Origin: Felis catus
Taxonomy: Eukaryota
Reading direction: 5' to 3'
Assembly: GCF_018350175.1 (NCBI RefSeq)
Contig: NC_058382.1
Span: forward strand, 55,926,001-55,990,000
Length of the DNA stretch: 64,000 bases
The position numbers were made by a program, and so were the translations under genes. Positions 38,301 to 51,570 of the stretch are shown one piece after another (the first letter of the stretch is position 1; every line of letters starts with the position of its first letter). Below the pieces are notes generated by a model. It saw only the letters and a program-made list of their open reading frames with translations. It ran no database searches and had not been told where the DNA came from.

Positions 38301-38644
38301 GATGGAGAGGGCTGGCAGAATGACCTGTCGAGGCCCTGACCCTCAGGCAAGATCTTGATGGGATCCTGTGGAGAATCCATGCCCGTGCAGAAGAAAGAAA
38401 AATGCAAAAACCCCAGGGCTGAAAAGGGCCAGGGGCTCCTGGATAGCCAGTGCCAGTGATCCAGGGCAGAGTTGCAGGGCAGGCTAGAGAGGCCAGAGGG
38501 AAGCGGCTCCTGCAGGGTTTAGGGGATAAGGTTTGTTCCCATGCAATGGGAAGCCATCAGCAAGTTTGGACAAGGGATGTGACAACATCTGTTTGATTGT
38601 TTAGAAAGGGTTTCTTTGACCATGGGGAAGGTGGTTATAGGCGG

Positions 38645-39088
38645 GCAGGTGGCTGAATAATGGCCCCCAACATGACCGGGTCCTCCTAATTCCTAGAACC
38701 TATAAATACTACTTTATATGGTAGAAGAGATTTCACAGATATGATTTTTTTCACAATGGGGAGATTATCCTGAATTATCCAGGTGGTCCCACATAATCAT
38801 AAGGATCCTTATGAGAGGGAAGCAGGAGACCAGAGTTGGAGAAGCAGATATGATGATAGAAGCAGAGGTTCAAGCTGATGTGGCTACAATGCAACAGATC
38901 TGAGAAGTTTCTAGAAGCTGAAATAGACAGAAACAGATCCTCCCCTAGAGACTCCAGAAGAAATCAGCCCTGCGAACCCCTTGGTTTTAGCTCTGTAAGA
39001 CTGGCTTTGGACTTCTGACCTCCAGAACTATAAAAAAAATTGTGTTGTTTTAAATTTGTGGTAATTTTCAGCAACATGGGAAGATACA
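38645..39088 (+). mobile_element. MLT1D-like MaLR solo LTR
   Basis: 'gaataatggccccc...ggggagattatcctgaattatccaggtgg...tggacttctgacctccagaact...ataca'. Confidence 0.85.
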
Positions 39089-40329
39089 AGGGGTCAGGTG
39101 CAGAGGTGAATGATGAGTAAGGCCCAGAATGAGTGCAGGCAAGCTCTAAACTTGTAGGCACCCATCTCAGCATTGATGATGGAACATAAAGGGGAGTGAA
39201 TCTTCTTGCATTGAACACTCTGCAAGGATGTCCAAGCAGACAACTATATAAACATACCAATATGCAGGCCCACATCAAAAAGATCTTTGCTGTCAATAAC
39301 TCATTAATGAAGGCTGATTTGCACACTGCCATGTGTTAAAAGGCGTAATTACATTCCAATATTTATTTGAGTTACTGCCATTTTCGGCTTATTTCATGGA
39401 AAGGCAGGAGTAGGAAAAGACATTTGTTTTGTGGTATTGATCTGAGGTGTTGCCACTAAGCCTCCACTAAGATTTCACGGAACTCTTGGATTCTGCCATC
39501 CCTGAATAGTCTTATTTAGTTTCTTGGTTCAAACTCCTCATCTCTAACACTCAGTAACACAGCAAGGTATAGGGAGAACCTGGATTGAAACACTGGAATT
39601 TATTTACTAAGGACATGGCCCTGAGCAAGTAATTTAAACAAACTCTGAATGTCAACTTCCACATCTGGGTAAAAATAAAAATAAAATTAATCATACACAT
39701 ACAATATAATCATAAAAATTCAGTGCCTGGTACTTAATAGGTGCTTCCCTCCAATTAATCTATTCATACGTACATAGAGCTGTTTATGTAGAAAAGTTAT
39801 GTGACAACTACCAGTTATGGCTACTTTTATAGAAAATGTCTCAGCCTTCCGCCTTACAATAAAAAGTAGTGTTTGACTCCAAGCAGATTAGATTGAACAG
39901 AGTTATTTGAACTACTTATAATAAAATGTGACAGGCAGGCTTTGGTATTTTGCTGCCCCAAGTTTTTTATGGACTGTTCACTCTCATTGCAACATTCAGC
40001 ACTTTTTTCTGTGTCAGTGTGATAGACAATATTCATATTCTTCTTGGGTAATTGCCTTTTTAGCTGAATCAATGGCTTGCAGGCATGAAAAGGAGGCTGT
40101 TTTATCTCAACTTTATTTATCCTATGATTATATTAAGACTATTAAACTGAATCTCCCCTCCCCCGCCTCCTCCCAGGCCCATTCTCAACCTTCTCCCCAA
40201 ACCTCTCAATACTTAGCTCTTCTGTGAATTTTCCCGCTGCCATGCCCCACATGCCACAAATATTTCTGTTCTTTGGAAGAATTTCATATTTAAATAAGGG
40301 CCTGCTGCATGAGTGAACTAGTAGTAGTA

Positions 40330-41210
40330 TTCATTTCTTCGCTCATTCATTCAAAAAATATCCTTTGAGGGTTTACAGTGAGCATGCCCTGGGGATACAA
40401 GAGGGAGAGGGGGAAGGTGCCATTACCTATGTGTGTACAGGATGTACAGCTACGGTATGTTCTAGAAAGGAGAAGTTCCTATAAGGCAGGGGTCTTGGGT
40501 ATTCTTAGTGAGCATAATAGATGCTGATAACTGAGTAATCAGGGAGGGAAGTGTTCTCTGATGAGGTTCTCAAGTGTTCTCTTGAGCTAAGATTGGATAG
40601 GAAAACACATGAATGTTCACATGTGTATGTAGAAGGGGTGTGTGGAGAATGAGACAGTTAAGTATCCCAAGGCAGAGGGAACAACATGTGCAAAGTCCTT
40701 GTGGCTGAAGGAGGTGTTGTGTGTTCTTAGAACTGGAAACACCTCAGTAGGCTGGAGCTTGAAGGGGCACTGGCAGGCAGGTCCAGACCCTGAGGGGCCT
40801 GTAGACCATGTTGTATATTCCAGACCCCATGCCCCAGGGGAGCGGGGAGTCCATGAAGGGTAGTCAGGGAAGTGGCATTTTTAGAAAAGGACATGTCTTT
40901 CTTTAAGATCTCTCCAGTTGGAGGGTAGGGAGTGGATTGGAGAAAACTAGCTTGGGGCTATTGTAATATTCAGGTAAGATGGAGGTTTGGCCTAGGGTGA
41001 CCGCAGTAGATATGGAAGGATGTAGATGGCATTTTGAGTCACTCAGGAGGTAAATACCACATGACATGGTGATGGATGAAATATGGAAGGTGCAGGAGAT
41101 ACGGGCATTAGAATCACTTCTCCATTTTGGACTTGCCTCGTTGAATGGCTGCTGTAACCCATCATTCAGCTGTTAGACAGCAATGGAAAAAAGCCCGACT
41201 TGTGGGATGG
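40330..41210 (-). mobile_element. L2 LINE
   Basis: 'cattcattcaaaaaatat...ggcagagggaacaacatgtgcaaagtcct...ggcaggtccagacc..gggcctgtagaccatg'. Confidence 0.7.
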
Positions 41211-41644
41211 AGAGTAGATTTCTCAAGTATATGGCCTTAGCTTCCCAGAGTGCTGAGACTTCAGAAATCAAGGCTGAAGTGGTTAGGACCGTGTTGTGTG
41301 AGCATAGGTTTTATGATTTTTATTTTGCTGCACTTTATCAGAGACCTGCCAGTTAAAGAGCAGGCATTTCCCCATCAGTCTGTAACCAGATGTGCCATGG
41401 CAGCCATTACAGATATCCAAACAACAGGCATGTTGGTCTCGCAGAGGTATTTGATACATGCTTTCTCTTCCCTTCTTGCTGGAGAAGCTGAAGCCGTATC
41501 TTCTTCCTTTTTATTCGCCATAGACTCTACCCCTTCCTAAATGTGTGTTAGCAGTGTTTGCTTTCTTATAACCTGTATAATATCCCAACATCCTCAATGC
41601 TTTTATTGTCTGCTTAGTGTTTTGGGGTCCTCTGAATCAATGAA

Positions 41645-41815
41645 TTCAGGCAAACAGTCTTCATGTGTCCCACAAGTTGGGTCAGACTGAGTTGTAGTGG
41701 CTGCCTGGTATATGTAGGAAAGAAGATTCTGGAGCCATAGCTGGGCTTACTGGAAAAGAGTTCTGTGATTGATTGGTGATGTCTGTCATGGGCTTAAGAG
41801 GAGGAATGGTGCATA
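41645..41815 (+). mobile_element. Charlie4z-like hAT fossil
   Basis: 'gtagtggctgcctgg...gattctg...ctgggct...gaaaagagt..tgtgattgattggtgatgtctgtcatggg'. Confidence 0.6.
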
Positions 41816-41828
41816 TGATCCATTGATT

Positions 41829-41888
41829 AAAATTTTTTAAATAATTTATACATATTTTTTAAGAGAGAGAGAGAGGGAGAAAGAGAGA

Positions 41889-41936
<48 letters not shown>

Positions 41937-42060
41937 AGGGGAGGGGGAGGGGCTGAGAGAGAAGGAGACAGAGAATCCAATGTGGGGCTCAGACTGCACC
42001 ACCAGATCATGACCTGAGCTGATGTAAGTCGATCAACCAACTGAGCCACCCAGGCTCCCC
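41829..42060 (-). mobile_element. Can-SINE with a long GA tract and an internal deletion
   Basis: Head 'ctgagccacccaggctcccc'. TSD tgatccattgatt / tgagccattcatt. Confidence 0.92.
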
Positions 42061-43161
42061 TGAGCCATTCATTTTTATTTTCTCTTTTAGTCTTTCTCAG
42101 TTGCTAGCATACTTCTGTAATCTGTCAATACATCAAACATTTACAGTTCCCTCAACTTTTCCTTAGTGCCTTGTTCTTTGGATGAGGGCACAATGCTACA
42201 CACGCAGACTGACAGAATTTAGCTGAGTAACTTTTGGATTTATGAGAGAGTACATTTAATTTTTAACAGATTATATACAAGATATTGGGTGACATTAAAC
42301 ACAGAGTTAAATCAACCATAACCCAGTTAAGGCAGCCTTGCAGATAAATGTCCCAAATCTACTAGCCTGCCAAATATATTTTTTATCTACACACATTTGT
42401 CAATTCTTTCCACAACACTAAGCCTTTCTAACACTTCTCTGGGAGTTTCTTTCCTCCCCCTCAAACCTGAAATACAGGTGACATCTACTCTCTGTGAAAG
42501 AGTTTGGATTGACAGGGGAAAACTCATCGGTTTGTGATTGTCCTTTGGTGATGACAGATCCTTTTGAAACTCTGATGAAATTTCTGAACTGCTCTCTAGT
42601 CAGAAAAGAAGTGATGTAATCATTTACAAAACATTCTGCGTACAGTCTGTTGTGTTGAATTTGAGATTGATTCCTTCCATTTGCATCATAGAGTACAAAA
42701 AATATTTACTGAAGAACAAGTGTCACTCATTCCAGATTTTTTTTCAGATGGAAAATCAAGGGCTTTTTTTCTAAAAAATATTAGAAAACATCAACTATGC
42801 AAGTTAAACAAAAAGTAAACCTTAATTCTGTTCAAAAGTAAAAATTAATGGGAATACTGTTGTTTCTGGAATGTAAGGAACCTTAGTACTCGTGAGATCT
42901 TTGACATGGTAACAGGGATATCATCTTTAACATCTAGTCAATTTCTGCACTTCTGGATTTGATAGCAACAAATGTGTAAAAACATACCCATTCATGCAGG
43001 TGGTTGCAATAAAATGAGAACTCCCATAGCCACTTTGCCAGAGAACTGTAGGCTACTGTGAAGGAAAGCAGGCTTTCCCATTCATGTCCTATTGTTATTT
43101 TTTTGTTATCAGGTCAATTAGGTCAGCTATGGCTGGTTTCAACCACTTGATGCTGTCTATG

Positions 43162-43676
43162 TGTACTAATTATCTATTGTTGCATAAAAATTCCCCCAAA
43201 ACCCAGTGGCTTAAAACATATTTATTATCTTTTGACCAGCTTCTGCTTCAGAAGCTAGGTGGTTCTTATTCAGAGTCTTTCATAACATTAGTGTCTTAAT
43301 CAGTTGTGGCTGCAGTCTCATCTGAAGACTTGAGTGAAGCTAGGAGATCTGCTTCCATGGTACCTTCAGATGACTTTTGGCAGGAAGCCTCACCTCCTTA
43401 CCACCTAGCTTTCCCACAGGACTGCTAGTGTGTCTACACAACAGGGAAACTGGCCTTCCAGAGTGAGATATTCCAGAGATGAATCCCAGAGCAAGGAAGG
43501 AACCAGAATGTCTTTTATGTCCTAATCTTGGATGTCACACACCATCATTTTTACCACATTCTATTCATTAGAAGCAAATCACTAAGTCCAACACCACATG
43601 TAAGGGGAAAGAAATTAAGTCCCACTTCTTGAGGAAGAAGTTTCAAAGAATTTGTGGACATTTTAATGGCACCACA
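43162..43676 (-). mobile_element. MLT1F-like MaLR solo LTR
   Basis: 'tgtactaattatctattgttgcataa..cccaaaacccagtggcttaaaaca...tcaaagaatttgtggaca...caccaca'. Confidence 0.82.
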
Positions 43677-43882
43677 CTATTTCATCAAAAACAAATTGTA
43701 CATTCATGTTTCAGTTCTAAGGTGGTTCAAGCAAAGTTAACTCTCAGAACAGTTCATCCATGCTTCCAGGTGCTGGAGACAGAGACATTTCCCTGCAGAG
43801 AACATGATGAGACTTTATCTCTCTCACTCTAGATTGTCCTCCAATACCATTTCACTACCTTTAAAGGGGCCAAGGCATTTTT

Positions 43883-43883
<1 letters not shown>

Positions 43884-43925
<42 letters not shown>
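43884..43925. repeat. (GT)n microsatellite
   Basis: Perfect GT run. Confidence 0.98.
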
Positions 43926-43928
<3 letters not shown>

Positions 43929-44099
43929 AATTTTTCATGCTAAACATAGCCAAAATGGTTTTGAATATACAGAATCTGTATTTGCACAACTGAGAATAGG
44001 TTATAATAAATTATGGAGCTACATTATCTGCTGGCACTCCACCACTGCTGATGAACAAGAAATGACTGGAAGTCATGACCTTCCCCACAGACATGCTCC

Positions 44100-44203
44100 T
44101 TGAGATGAGGGCTGTATGCTGGTGTTAGCACAGCGCTTGCCACATAGGAGCTATAGAGAAATGCTTTTGAATGAATGAATGAATGAATGAATGAATGAAT
44201 GAA
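44100..44203 (+). mobile_element. L2 3' terminus with a (TGAA)n tail
   Basis: 'tagcacagcgcttgccacataggag...aaatgcttt' followed by (tgaa)n from 44168. Confidence 0.7.
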
Positions 44204-44519
44204 CGAAGTTCATGGAGTTCAGCTTGGACAGGCAGGTTTTACCCAGTGATGCAGGACGGGTAATACCATGTCCAGCATCTAGAAGAACGGGGCATGGGTA
44301 GGAATGAGAGCTCTCCATGCCATCTCTGCCCTCCTGAGCGTTCTCTGCCAGGTGTGGAGGGTCCATGGATTTCAAACATATGTTTGAATCCAGAAGCAAA
44401 GATAGGAACTTGTAGGGATAACTTTCTCTTAGTGAACACTAAGAATTCTAGCGAGAGGACTCTTGTCTTCTTGGGCATCCTGTGTAAGCGGTGGTGGAAA
44501 GGAAGGAAGGAAGAAAGCA

Positions 44520-44920
44520 CACACAAAATCTTGGTAGCATACCACAGGTCAAATTTATTGCCCATGCATACAGGGTCATCTGTTAGGTAGGTGACTCTGC
44601 TGGTCTTGGTTGGGCTTGCTCACTTGTCTGGGAGTCAGCTGCCTGTTGACTGATCTCTGCTGGCCTCAGCTGTGATGACTGAGGTGACGTGGCTTTGCCC
44701 CATGATACTCCTGTCTTGTACCAGAGTAGCTCAGGCATGTTCCAGAGTAATGGCTGAGGCACAAGAGGGAGTTATCTCAATCCTACTGGTTGTTTTCAAG
44801 CGTGTTTGGCAAGCATTCCATTGGCCAAACATGGGGCCAGGGTCAAAGTGGAAGGGCACTGAATAGTTACATAGCACAGGGAGTGGTGAAGCACTGGGGC
44901 CATTTTTGTGATCTACTGCA
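44520..44920 (-). mobile_element. MLT1G-like MaLR solo LTR
   Basis: 'tctgctggtcttggttgggcttgctcac..gtctggg.gtcagctg...ccattggccaaa...ggggccatttttg.gatctac'. Confidence 0.7.
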
Positions 44921-44952
44921 TGAAGACAAGAAATAGTTTTTCTTTTTTAAGA

Positions 44953-45221
44953 CAGGGATCCACAAATATTTTCTGTAAAGGGATAGATAGTAAATATTTT
45001 AGGTTTTGTAGGTTAACTGTTGGCTCTGCTACATATTCTGTTTTTTCTGCTACATATTCTTGTCCCCTTTTCTTTTCTTCTTCTTTCTTTTTTTTTCAGT
45101 TTCTTCTGCTTTTTCTTTTAATAATCCTTTAAAAACGTAAAAAGACTTCCTACCTTTAGGCTGCACAAAAATAGGCTGCAGGACAGGTTTGATCTATGGG
45201 CCATAGTTTGCCAACCATTCG
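44953..45221 (+). mobile_element. MER58C-like (hAT-Charlie)
   Basis: 'ttttctgtaaaggg.tagatagtaaatattttagg...cctttaaaaacgtaaaaa...gggccatagtttgccaacc'. Confidence 0.82.
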
Positions 45222-45814
45222 ATTAAGAGGAAAGAAAATTTTCATAGTACTAATAATTTATCACGTCTATTCTATCTAATATCTGTCTAATCTATTACAA
45301 AACCCATTCACATCTGTTGTTTTATTTGATCCTCATGACACTCTGGCTGTTAAAGGTAGATATTACTAGTATCTTCCCTTTTCATATGGGGAGAGATGTG
45401 AAATGACTTTAAGAAACTGGGCTGGGGCTATGGCGGGGACTGAAAGAGCCACTGACATTTACCTAGGTTGCCCTGTTGAAAACAGCTGCTCGTGTCCACT
45501 GCATCCGGGGACTACACTTCAGGAGGACCACTTTCATGAGGGGAGTGGTCTGCTCCACCCTCCTGAGAACACACATTGTGCAGGTAGAAGGGAAACCATC
45601 CAAACATGTTAATTTCTACCCACCAACAGATTGAGATGAGGCTGGTTTCAAGGGTTCAGAAGGTGAGGCAATTGATTCCCAGGTCCCGGTCTCCACTTCA
45701 TAGCATAGCCACCTGTGATGTGTTTCTTTGCTCTGCCTTTCAGAGAGGTTTCCTCTAGCCTCAGAATCTCTTACAAATGGTGATTGAGAGAATGTGATGA
45801 GAACAAGTTTTTGT

Positions 45815-46020
45815 GGGGTGCCTGGGTGGCTCAGTCGGTTAAGCATCTGATTTTGGCTCAGGTCATGATCTTGTGGTTTGTGAGTTTGAGCCTGGAATCA
45901 GACTCTGTGCTGACAGTTCAGAGCCTGCAGCCTGCTTCAGGTTCTGTGTTTCTCTCTCTCTCTGCCCCTCCCCTGCTCATGCTCTCTCTTTCGAAAAATA
46001 TGCATTAACAAAAGTAAAAA
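45815..46020 (+). mobile_element. Can-SINE
   Basis: ggggtgcctgggtggctcagtcggttaagc..., with a decayed tail. Confidence 0.95.
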
Positions 46021-46482
46021 CACATCTCTGTGGTGATTAGAGCAATTTTTTAAATACAAAATGTTGATCATTATGCACATTTTGTGTCTTTATACTTAAT
46101 ACATTTTGTGTCTTTATACAAATACAGCTTTTAGTGTTTTTCCTTTTCCTACCCATAACCCTAAATAATTTCATAGAACAAACATAGCAGAATATTAACA
46201 TATTCTCTTATCTATGCCAAGTGTCATTTAACTGTTGGCAAATAATATCCAGTATAGTAAATAATAGAACAGTAAATAATATAGCTTGTGCAGGCCCATA
46301 GAGGTAGTACTAACTCAATATCTCAATAGTCCTCTGGAAAAGGGAAATAAAATGAATCAGCCAATTAGTTGCCTGGGCACTTGCCTGCAAGTTGTCAGAC
46401 AGAAAGTTGTGTTCACTTTTTCCAAATTGACTAACACTGGCTTACTCTAGAAGTTGGCTTACTTTAGAAGGATAGCCTTTTC

Positions 46483-46766
46483 TAGGGTTACCCAAAGTAT
46501 ACTTTATGGATATTAGTTCCTCAGGATGTTGGCAGTGTTAAACAATCAATGATACGTATGGCTGAACAGATTGGGGGACACTTAGGTTAAACAAAATGAA
46601 ATTATTTTTTTTCCTTCAGGACTTCTCAGAGACTTTAATATGTAAATTCACATCCTGAATTTCCTACAAGAGGGAGTGTGCAGCAGTTTGCAAATCATGG
46701 AACCCTTTTGTTCACAGAACATCTCATGAGAGAATATTCTTCTATAGGACAAGCTGAGAATCACTA
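46483..46766 (-). mobile_element. MER103C-like hAT fossil
   Basis: 'ggttaaacaaa...caggacttctcagagactttaatatg...catggaaccctttt'. Confidence 0.65.
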
Positions 46767-46889
46767 TCACAAGTGAAATGTCCCCAACGCTTTGTGCCAG
46801 AAATCCCTGAAGCACCCCACCAATGAAGATTTGCAGTGAATAAGTGGACGTTAATTTGTTCTTTCAAATAATCAACTCAAACTTCATTG

Positions 46890-47115
46890 TTTTTTTTAAA
46901 TTTTTTTAAAACTTTTATTCAGTTTTTGAGAGACAGAGAGAGACAGGGCATGAGCAAGGGAGAGACAGAGAGAGAAGGAGACCCAGAATCTGAAGTAGGC
47001 TCCAGGCTCTGAGCTGTCAGCACAGAGCCCAATATGGGTCTCGAACTCACAAACAGAGAGTTCATGACCTGAGCCGAAGTTGGCCGCTTAACCGACTGAG
47101 CCCCCCAGGCGCCCC
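46890..47115 (-). mobile_element. Can-SINE (SINEC_Fc-like)
   Basis: Full length. TSD caaacttca(t/g)tgtttt. Confidence 0.96.
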
Positions 47116-48384
47116 GCAAACTTCAGTGTTTTAAGGAAGCTGTAATTATAAAAATCAGAACTAGTAATTGAGGATTGTCTGTGTATATATCCCTAGGAAT
47201 TAAGAATCGAAGATTGTGGGTTAAACTTAATCATTTCTCAGATTCTGAGATATTAAGAACTGTCCTAGAATTCTGCAAGCAACTAGAGAAAGCAGCTGTC
47301 AGAACAGCACATCTTCTCATCTTGTTTTGAGTCTCCCTCCTCTTTGCCCTCATGCAAGATTTCACTGACGGTATCCTGTCTGCAACATTTTAATTGCTTT
47401 CTGGTACGACTTCCCAACACATCATGCCTTATTTTCTCCATGTGTAATGATTATCCATAACGATCAGTATTCAGGACACTAATCCGATCTCTAAAACTAC
47501 AATAAGAGGCAAAATGGTTTGCTTCTCCTTAGGGTGGCAGGGTTGTGTTTGTTTGTTTTTCCCTCACTGAGTATTCCAAGGACGAGTGCAGTGTTATTCC
47601 CAACGGTACTGGACATCTCCAACTTCCTGTCTTGTGAGCAGCCCAGCCCTGCTCTTTAGCTTTACCGTGACTCAGTTCCTCTTCCTGTTTTTTTCCCTCG
47701 CCCCAGCTAATAGTGTCAACATCCCCTCAGCCTCCAAAGTTAGAAAGTTCTGGGTAATTTTTTATTTCTTCCTCTTCATGACCATCTACTAGTTGCCAAA
47801 TCCTGTTGACTCTACCTCTGAAATATTTCTCAAGTCCACATATCCATTTCCTTCTCCTGGGTGTCTCCCCAGTTCAATGTCCTATTTTTCTTAGACACAC
47901 CACGTGGTCCCTTTGTCAATATCTCTCCCCCATCCAGTGGATGCTTCCATCATGATTACTAATACCCTTAACGTTTCGGAATGCTTATTATTATTCTCCC
48001 CTGACTGTTTCACATGCATTGTCATCCAGTCTTTGCGATGGCCCTCTGGGGTGTGTGTTGTTGTAATCCACATTTTAAAAATGAAAACAAAACAAAAGAC
48101 AACAAACAGCTGAAGCGCAGACTAGTTATGTAATAAACCCAAAATCATACACCTAATATAGGTATGTATCTGCAGTTTGAATCTGGAGGGTTCTGCCCAG
48201 ATACCTAAGCTGTTACTCACAATATTATGAACCCTGACAACATATGGACCTCATGAAAGACAACTCTGAGTAGGGGAGCCCTCATGTCAAAAATCTTCAC
48301 TGGCTCCTCCATTCCTGTAAAATAATATTAAGACTTTAAATTGGTGCATATATTTTGCCTGAAAATGTTTTTACTTTGCATCCA

Positions 48385-48588
48385 TTTTTTTAAGTGTTTA
48401 TTTATTTTTGAGAGAGAGACAGAGAGAAGAGAAGGGGCAGAGAGAGGGGGAGACACAGAGTCTGAATCAGGCTCCAGGCTCGGAGCTGTCAGCACAGAGC
48501 TCAACATAGGGCTTGAACCCATGAACTGTGAGATCATGACCTGAGCCGAAGTCAGACGCTTAACCCAACTGAGCCACCCAGACATCCC
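48385..48588 (-). mobile_element. Can-SINE (SINEC_Fc-like)
   Basis: Exact TSD tgcatccatttttt at 48377 and 48589. Confidence 0.96.
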
Positions 48589-48596
48589 TGCATCCA

Positions 48597-49088
48597 TTTT
48601 TTAAAACTAAATTAAGGTTTATGTTCAATAAAATGCACCCATTAAGAATATATTTCTATGAGTTTTGACAAATTTATTCACCCATGTAACCACAACACAG
48701 TCAAGATATAGAATATTTTTATCACCCTCAAAGTCCCTTGTTCCCCTTCCCAGACTATACCCACACAAGCCCCTGGCCTCAGCCAACCACTGATTAGCTT
48801 TCTGTTGCTATAGATTAGATTCATTTTTCTAAAATTTCATCTAAATGGGGTCATAGAATATTTTGTGTCGCTTTCCTCAGGGCAATGTTTTCTGAGATTC
48901 ATCTCTATTGTTGCATGTATCAGTGGCTTATTCCTTTTGTTACTGAGTAGGATTTTTATGAAGAGACCACATTCTGTTTGTCCATTCACCTGTTGATGGA
49001 CATTGGGCTGTTTTCAGTGTTTGGCTTTCATGGATAAAGTGCTGTGAACATCCATGAATGAGTGTTTGTGTGGTCATGTGCTTCGTGT
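48597..49088 (-). mobile_element. Old L1 3' end (L1MB8/L1ME-like)
   Basis: 'aataaaatgcaccca...gagttttgacaaat...catgtaaccac...tccattcacctgttgatggacatt'. Confidence 0.82.
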
Positions 49089-49089
49089 G

Positions 49090-49682
49090 CTAGATTCATT
49101 AGGGGTTTCAGTTACAAATGACAGCAGTCTACCGCAAACTAACTCAGGAGGAAAAGAAAGGTGGTTTATTAGTTTCCACCAGTGGAGAACTCAAAGTTGA
49201 CCTGGGTTTCATTATGGCTAGATCTTGACAGCTATCTTTAGAAGAATGCCTTATTCCTACTTTCTCGGCAACTCTTCCCTCCTGGTCAGGCCCATTCTAA
49301 GGAAGTCTCTCTCACAGTGACAGAGTGGCTTCCAGCAGCAGCCTGAGGCTACAATCCACACCGTCAGCAGTTCCACAGAGACTTCTCTTTCCCCAACAAC
49401 ATTCCATACAAATCTTTGAACTAAATTTCATTGTCTCTCGTTAGGTCGCCCATCTATCCTTTAACTAATTGCTATGAACAAGGGAATGGGATGCTCTGAT
49501 TGGCCAGGTTTTAGTTTCATACCTTCTTCTGAAACCAGAGATGGTGAATGGTCAGTTCCAGGCAGCCACGTAGACTGTGATTGCATTGATGGGGCGGGTG
49601 GCTCCCCAAAGAAATTAGGGCGCTGTTATCGGAAGCAGGGTCATGGAGGAGTGGCTGGTAAACCAAATGATCGTTGCTCACA
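49090..49682 (-). mobile_element. MLT1K-like MaLR solo LTR
   Basis: 'ttcagttacaaatgacag...caaact...gggaatgggatgctctgattggccagg...ccccaaagaaattagggcgctgtta'. Confidence 0.75.
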
Positions 49683-49799
49683 GTGCTCGAAAGTTTCTGT
49701 CACCCCATTCTACCCACCATTCCCACCTGGTTTTCTGTTCCTGAATGCTAAAACCCAGGTTCTCTGGCTGCTGTAAATGACTCGTTCCCCAGTGAGTGC

Positions 49800-50155
49800 T
49801 GCAGTTTTCTTGTGCCTGCTCTGGTGCATGCTTTGCTGGTGTCTTCCTCGCAACATGCTCTGTGGTTATGGCAAGCTCACTCATTCCCAGCCCAGTTCGA
49901 ATGCCTTCCCCTTGAGAAAGCCTTCCTAAACTTGCCCCTGCCTGAACTAGTCTCAGGGCTCATTATCTGTGCTCTGTCATGGTTCTAACCATGAAATGTC
50001 TAATCATAGACGTGGTTTCCTCTGATCCCCTCCTCCCCTACCAGACATGGACAGCATGACAGCAGTTCACGGTCTTGCTCATCTTTGTGCTCTCCAGAGC
50101 CCAAACCCAGTGCTTTTTACACAGTGCAAGCGCCACAAGTACTTATTGATTGACT
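49800..50155 (+). mobile_element. L2 3' fragment
   Basis: 'gaaagccttccta...gtcttgctcatctttgtgctctccagagccc...aagtacttattgattga'. Confidence 0.55.
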
Positions 50156-50331
50156 CTGGACTTGCTATCCATTAAGAAAAGTTAATGGAGGTTTTCTGAT
50201 TCCCAGGAGATGACCAGCTTTAGAGTTGTATCAGTCAAATTTCTAAGCACAAATAAAGTCTTCATTTGGATTTTACTATCTCTCCCTCAAAGAATATTTA
50301 AAAAATAGTTTTACTACATTCTCCCCTCCAA

Positions 50332-50557
50332 TTTTATTCATTTAACTTTTTAAATGTTTATTTTTGAGAGAGAGAGAGAGAGAGAGAGCGCACAAGTGAG
50401 GGAGGAACAGAGGGAAAGGGAGACACGGAGTCCCAAGCAGGCTCCAGGCTTGGAGCTTTCAGCACAGAACCTAATGTAGGGCTCGAACTCACGAACCGTG
50501 AGATCATGACCTGAACTCAAGTCAGATGCTCAACCGACTGAGCCACCCAGGCACCCC
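50332..50557 (-). mobile_element. Can-SINE (SINEC_Fc-like)
   Basis: Full length. TSD ctcccctcca(a)tttt. Confidence 0.95.
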
Positions 50558-50629
50558 CTCCCCTCCATTTTTAACAATAGGTAAGCATTGCAGAAAATTT
50601 GCCATTATAAAAGTATAAAGATGATGATA

Positions 50630-50975
50630 AGCTTCTTCCTAGCTTAGGGCCATTCCACGTGTTATTTCCTCTGCCTGGAAGGCTCCAGCCCATCTACCTT
50701 CACCTACCTCATTCTTTATCAGTCAGATCTCTGCAAGAACTTCACTTTCACTTTAGAACTTGCCTTGCCTCTCAGTTTTCTTTATAGCATTTTTCCTGAG
50801 AAAAACGTAACCTCCAACGTTGATTTATGTATTGCTGTCTCTGGACTAAAATGTAAGCTCTGTGTTGTTAGGGACCTTGTTTTGGCTTTGTCACAGTGTA
50901 TCCCTATTCCTGGAAGAGTGGCTGGTTAACACATAGTGGGTGCTCCTTAAGTATTTATGGCATCAGTTAATGAAT
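50630..50975 (+). mobile_element. L2 3' fragment
   Basis: 'ttcctctgcctggaaggctc...actaaaatgtaagctc...agggaccttgt...acatagtgggtgctc'. Confidence 0.65.
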
Positions 50976-51113
50976 GCTAGTATACATACAGAGGTAGCCA
51001 TTTCTTAGGTTTTTTTGTTTCCTCCCACTTACGTGAACACTTATGCAGGCAGATACGTGCGTGTATGTGTATTTTATGTTCATGTGTGTGCACCCAGTAC
51101 ACCATAAGTTATA

Positions 51114-51570
51114 TGTAACACGGTTCAGGACTGTCACACACCCTGCTGGTGTCCCATTCATGTTCACTCCTCGCACACTATTCCTTAGGGCAGCTTCTCA
51201 CTGCAAACCCTGGAGCTGCTCTGCCCGAGCCTTGCCCAGCTGCAGGGGCATTCTTAGCCTGCATGCAGTGCTGGGGAGCTCACACTCCAGGAGCACCCTC
51301 AACCAGGGACAGACAGGGGCTGGAGAATAACTCCCCCAGCTCCTTCGCCCCTCTGGAGGTGCATCTCTGGGCTGCGTTCTATATGGTTTCTCAGGGTCTC
51401 CAATGGGATTAGCGATAGTTAGACTGACAGAGCTTTATAGGCTCCCTCCTCACCCTGTGTCACTTCTCACCTCCATGATCGCTGCTTCCTGCAGTGACCT
51501 GCTAAGTAAGCCACTTGCGCTGGCCAATGAAGTCGGCAGGTTTGTTGCCTGAGACCAGGGAAAACTGTAA
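51114..51570 (+). mobile_element. LTR33-like ERVL solo LTR
   Basis: Starts 'tgtaaca'; contains 'caccctcaaccag...ccccagctccttcgcccctc...ccctgtgtcacttc'. Confidence 0.7.
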
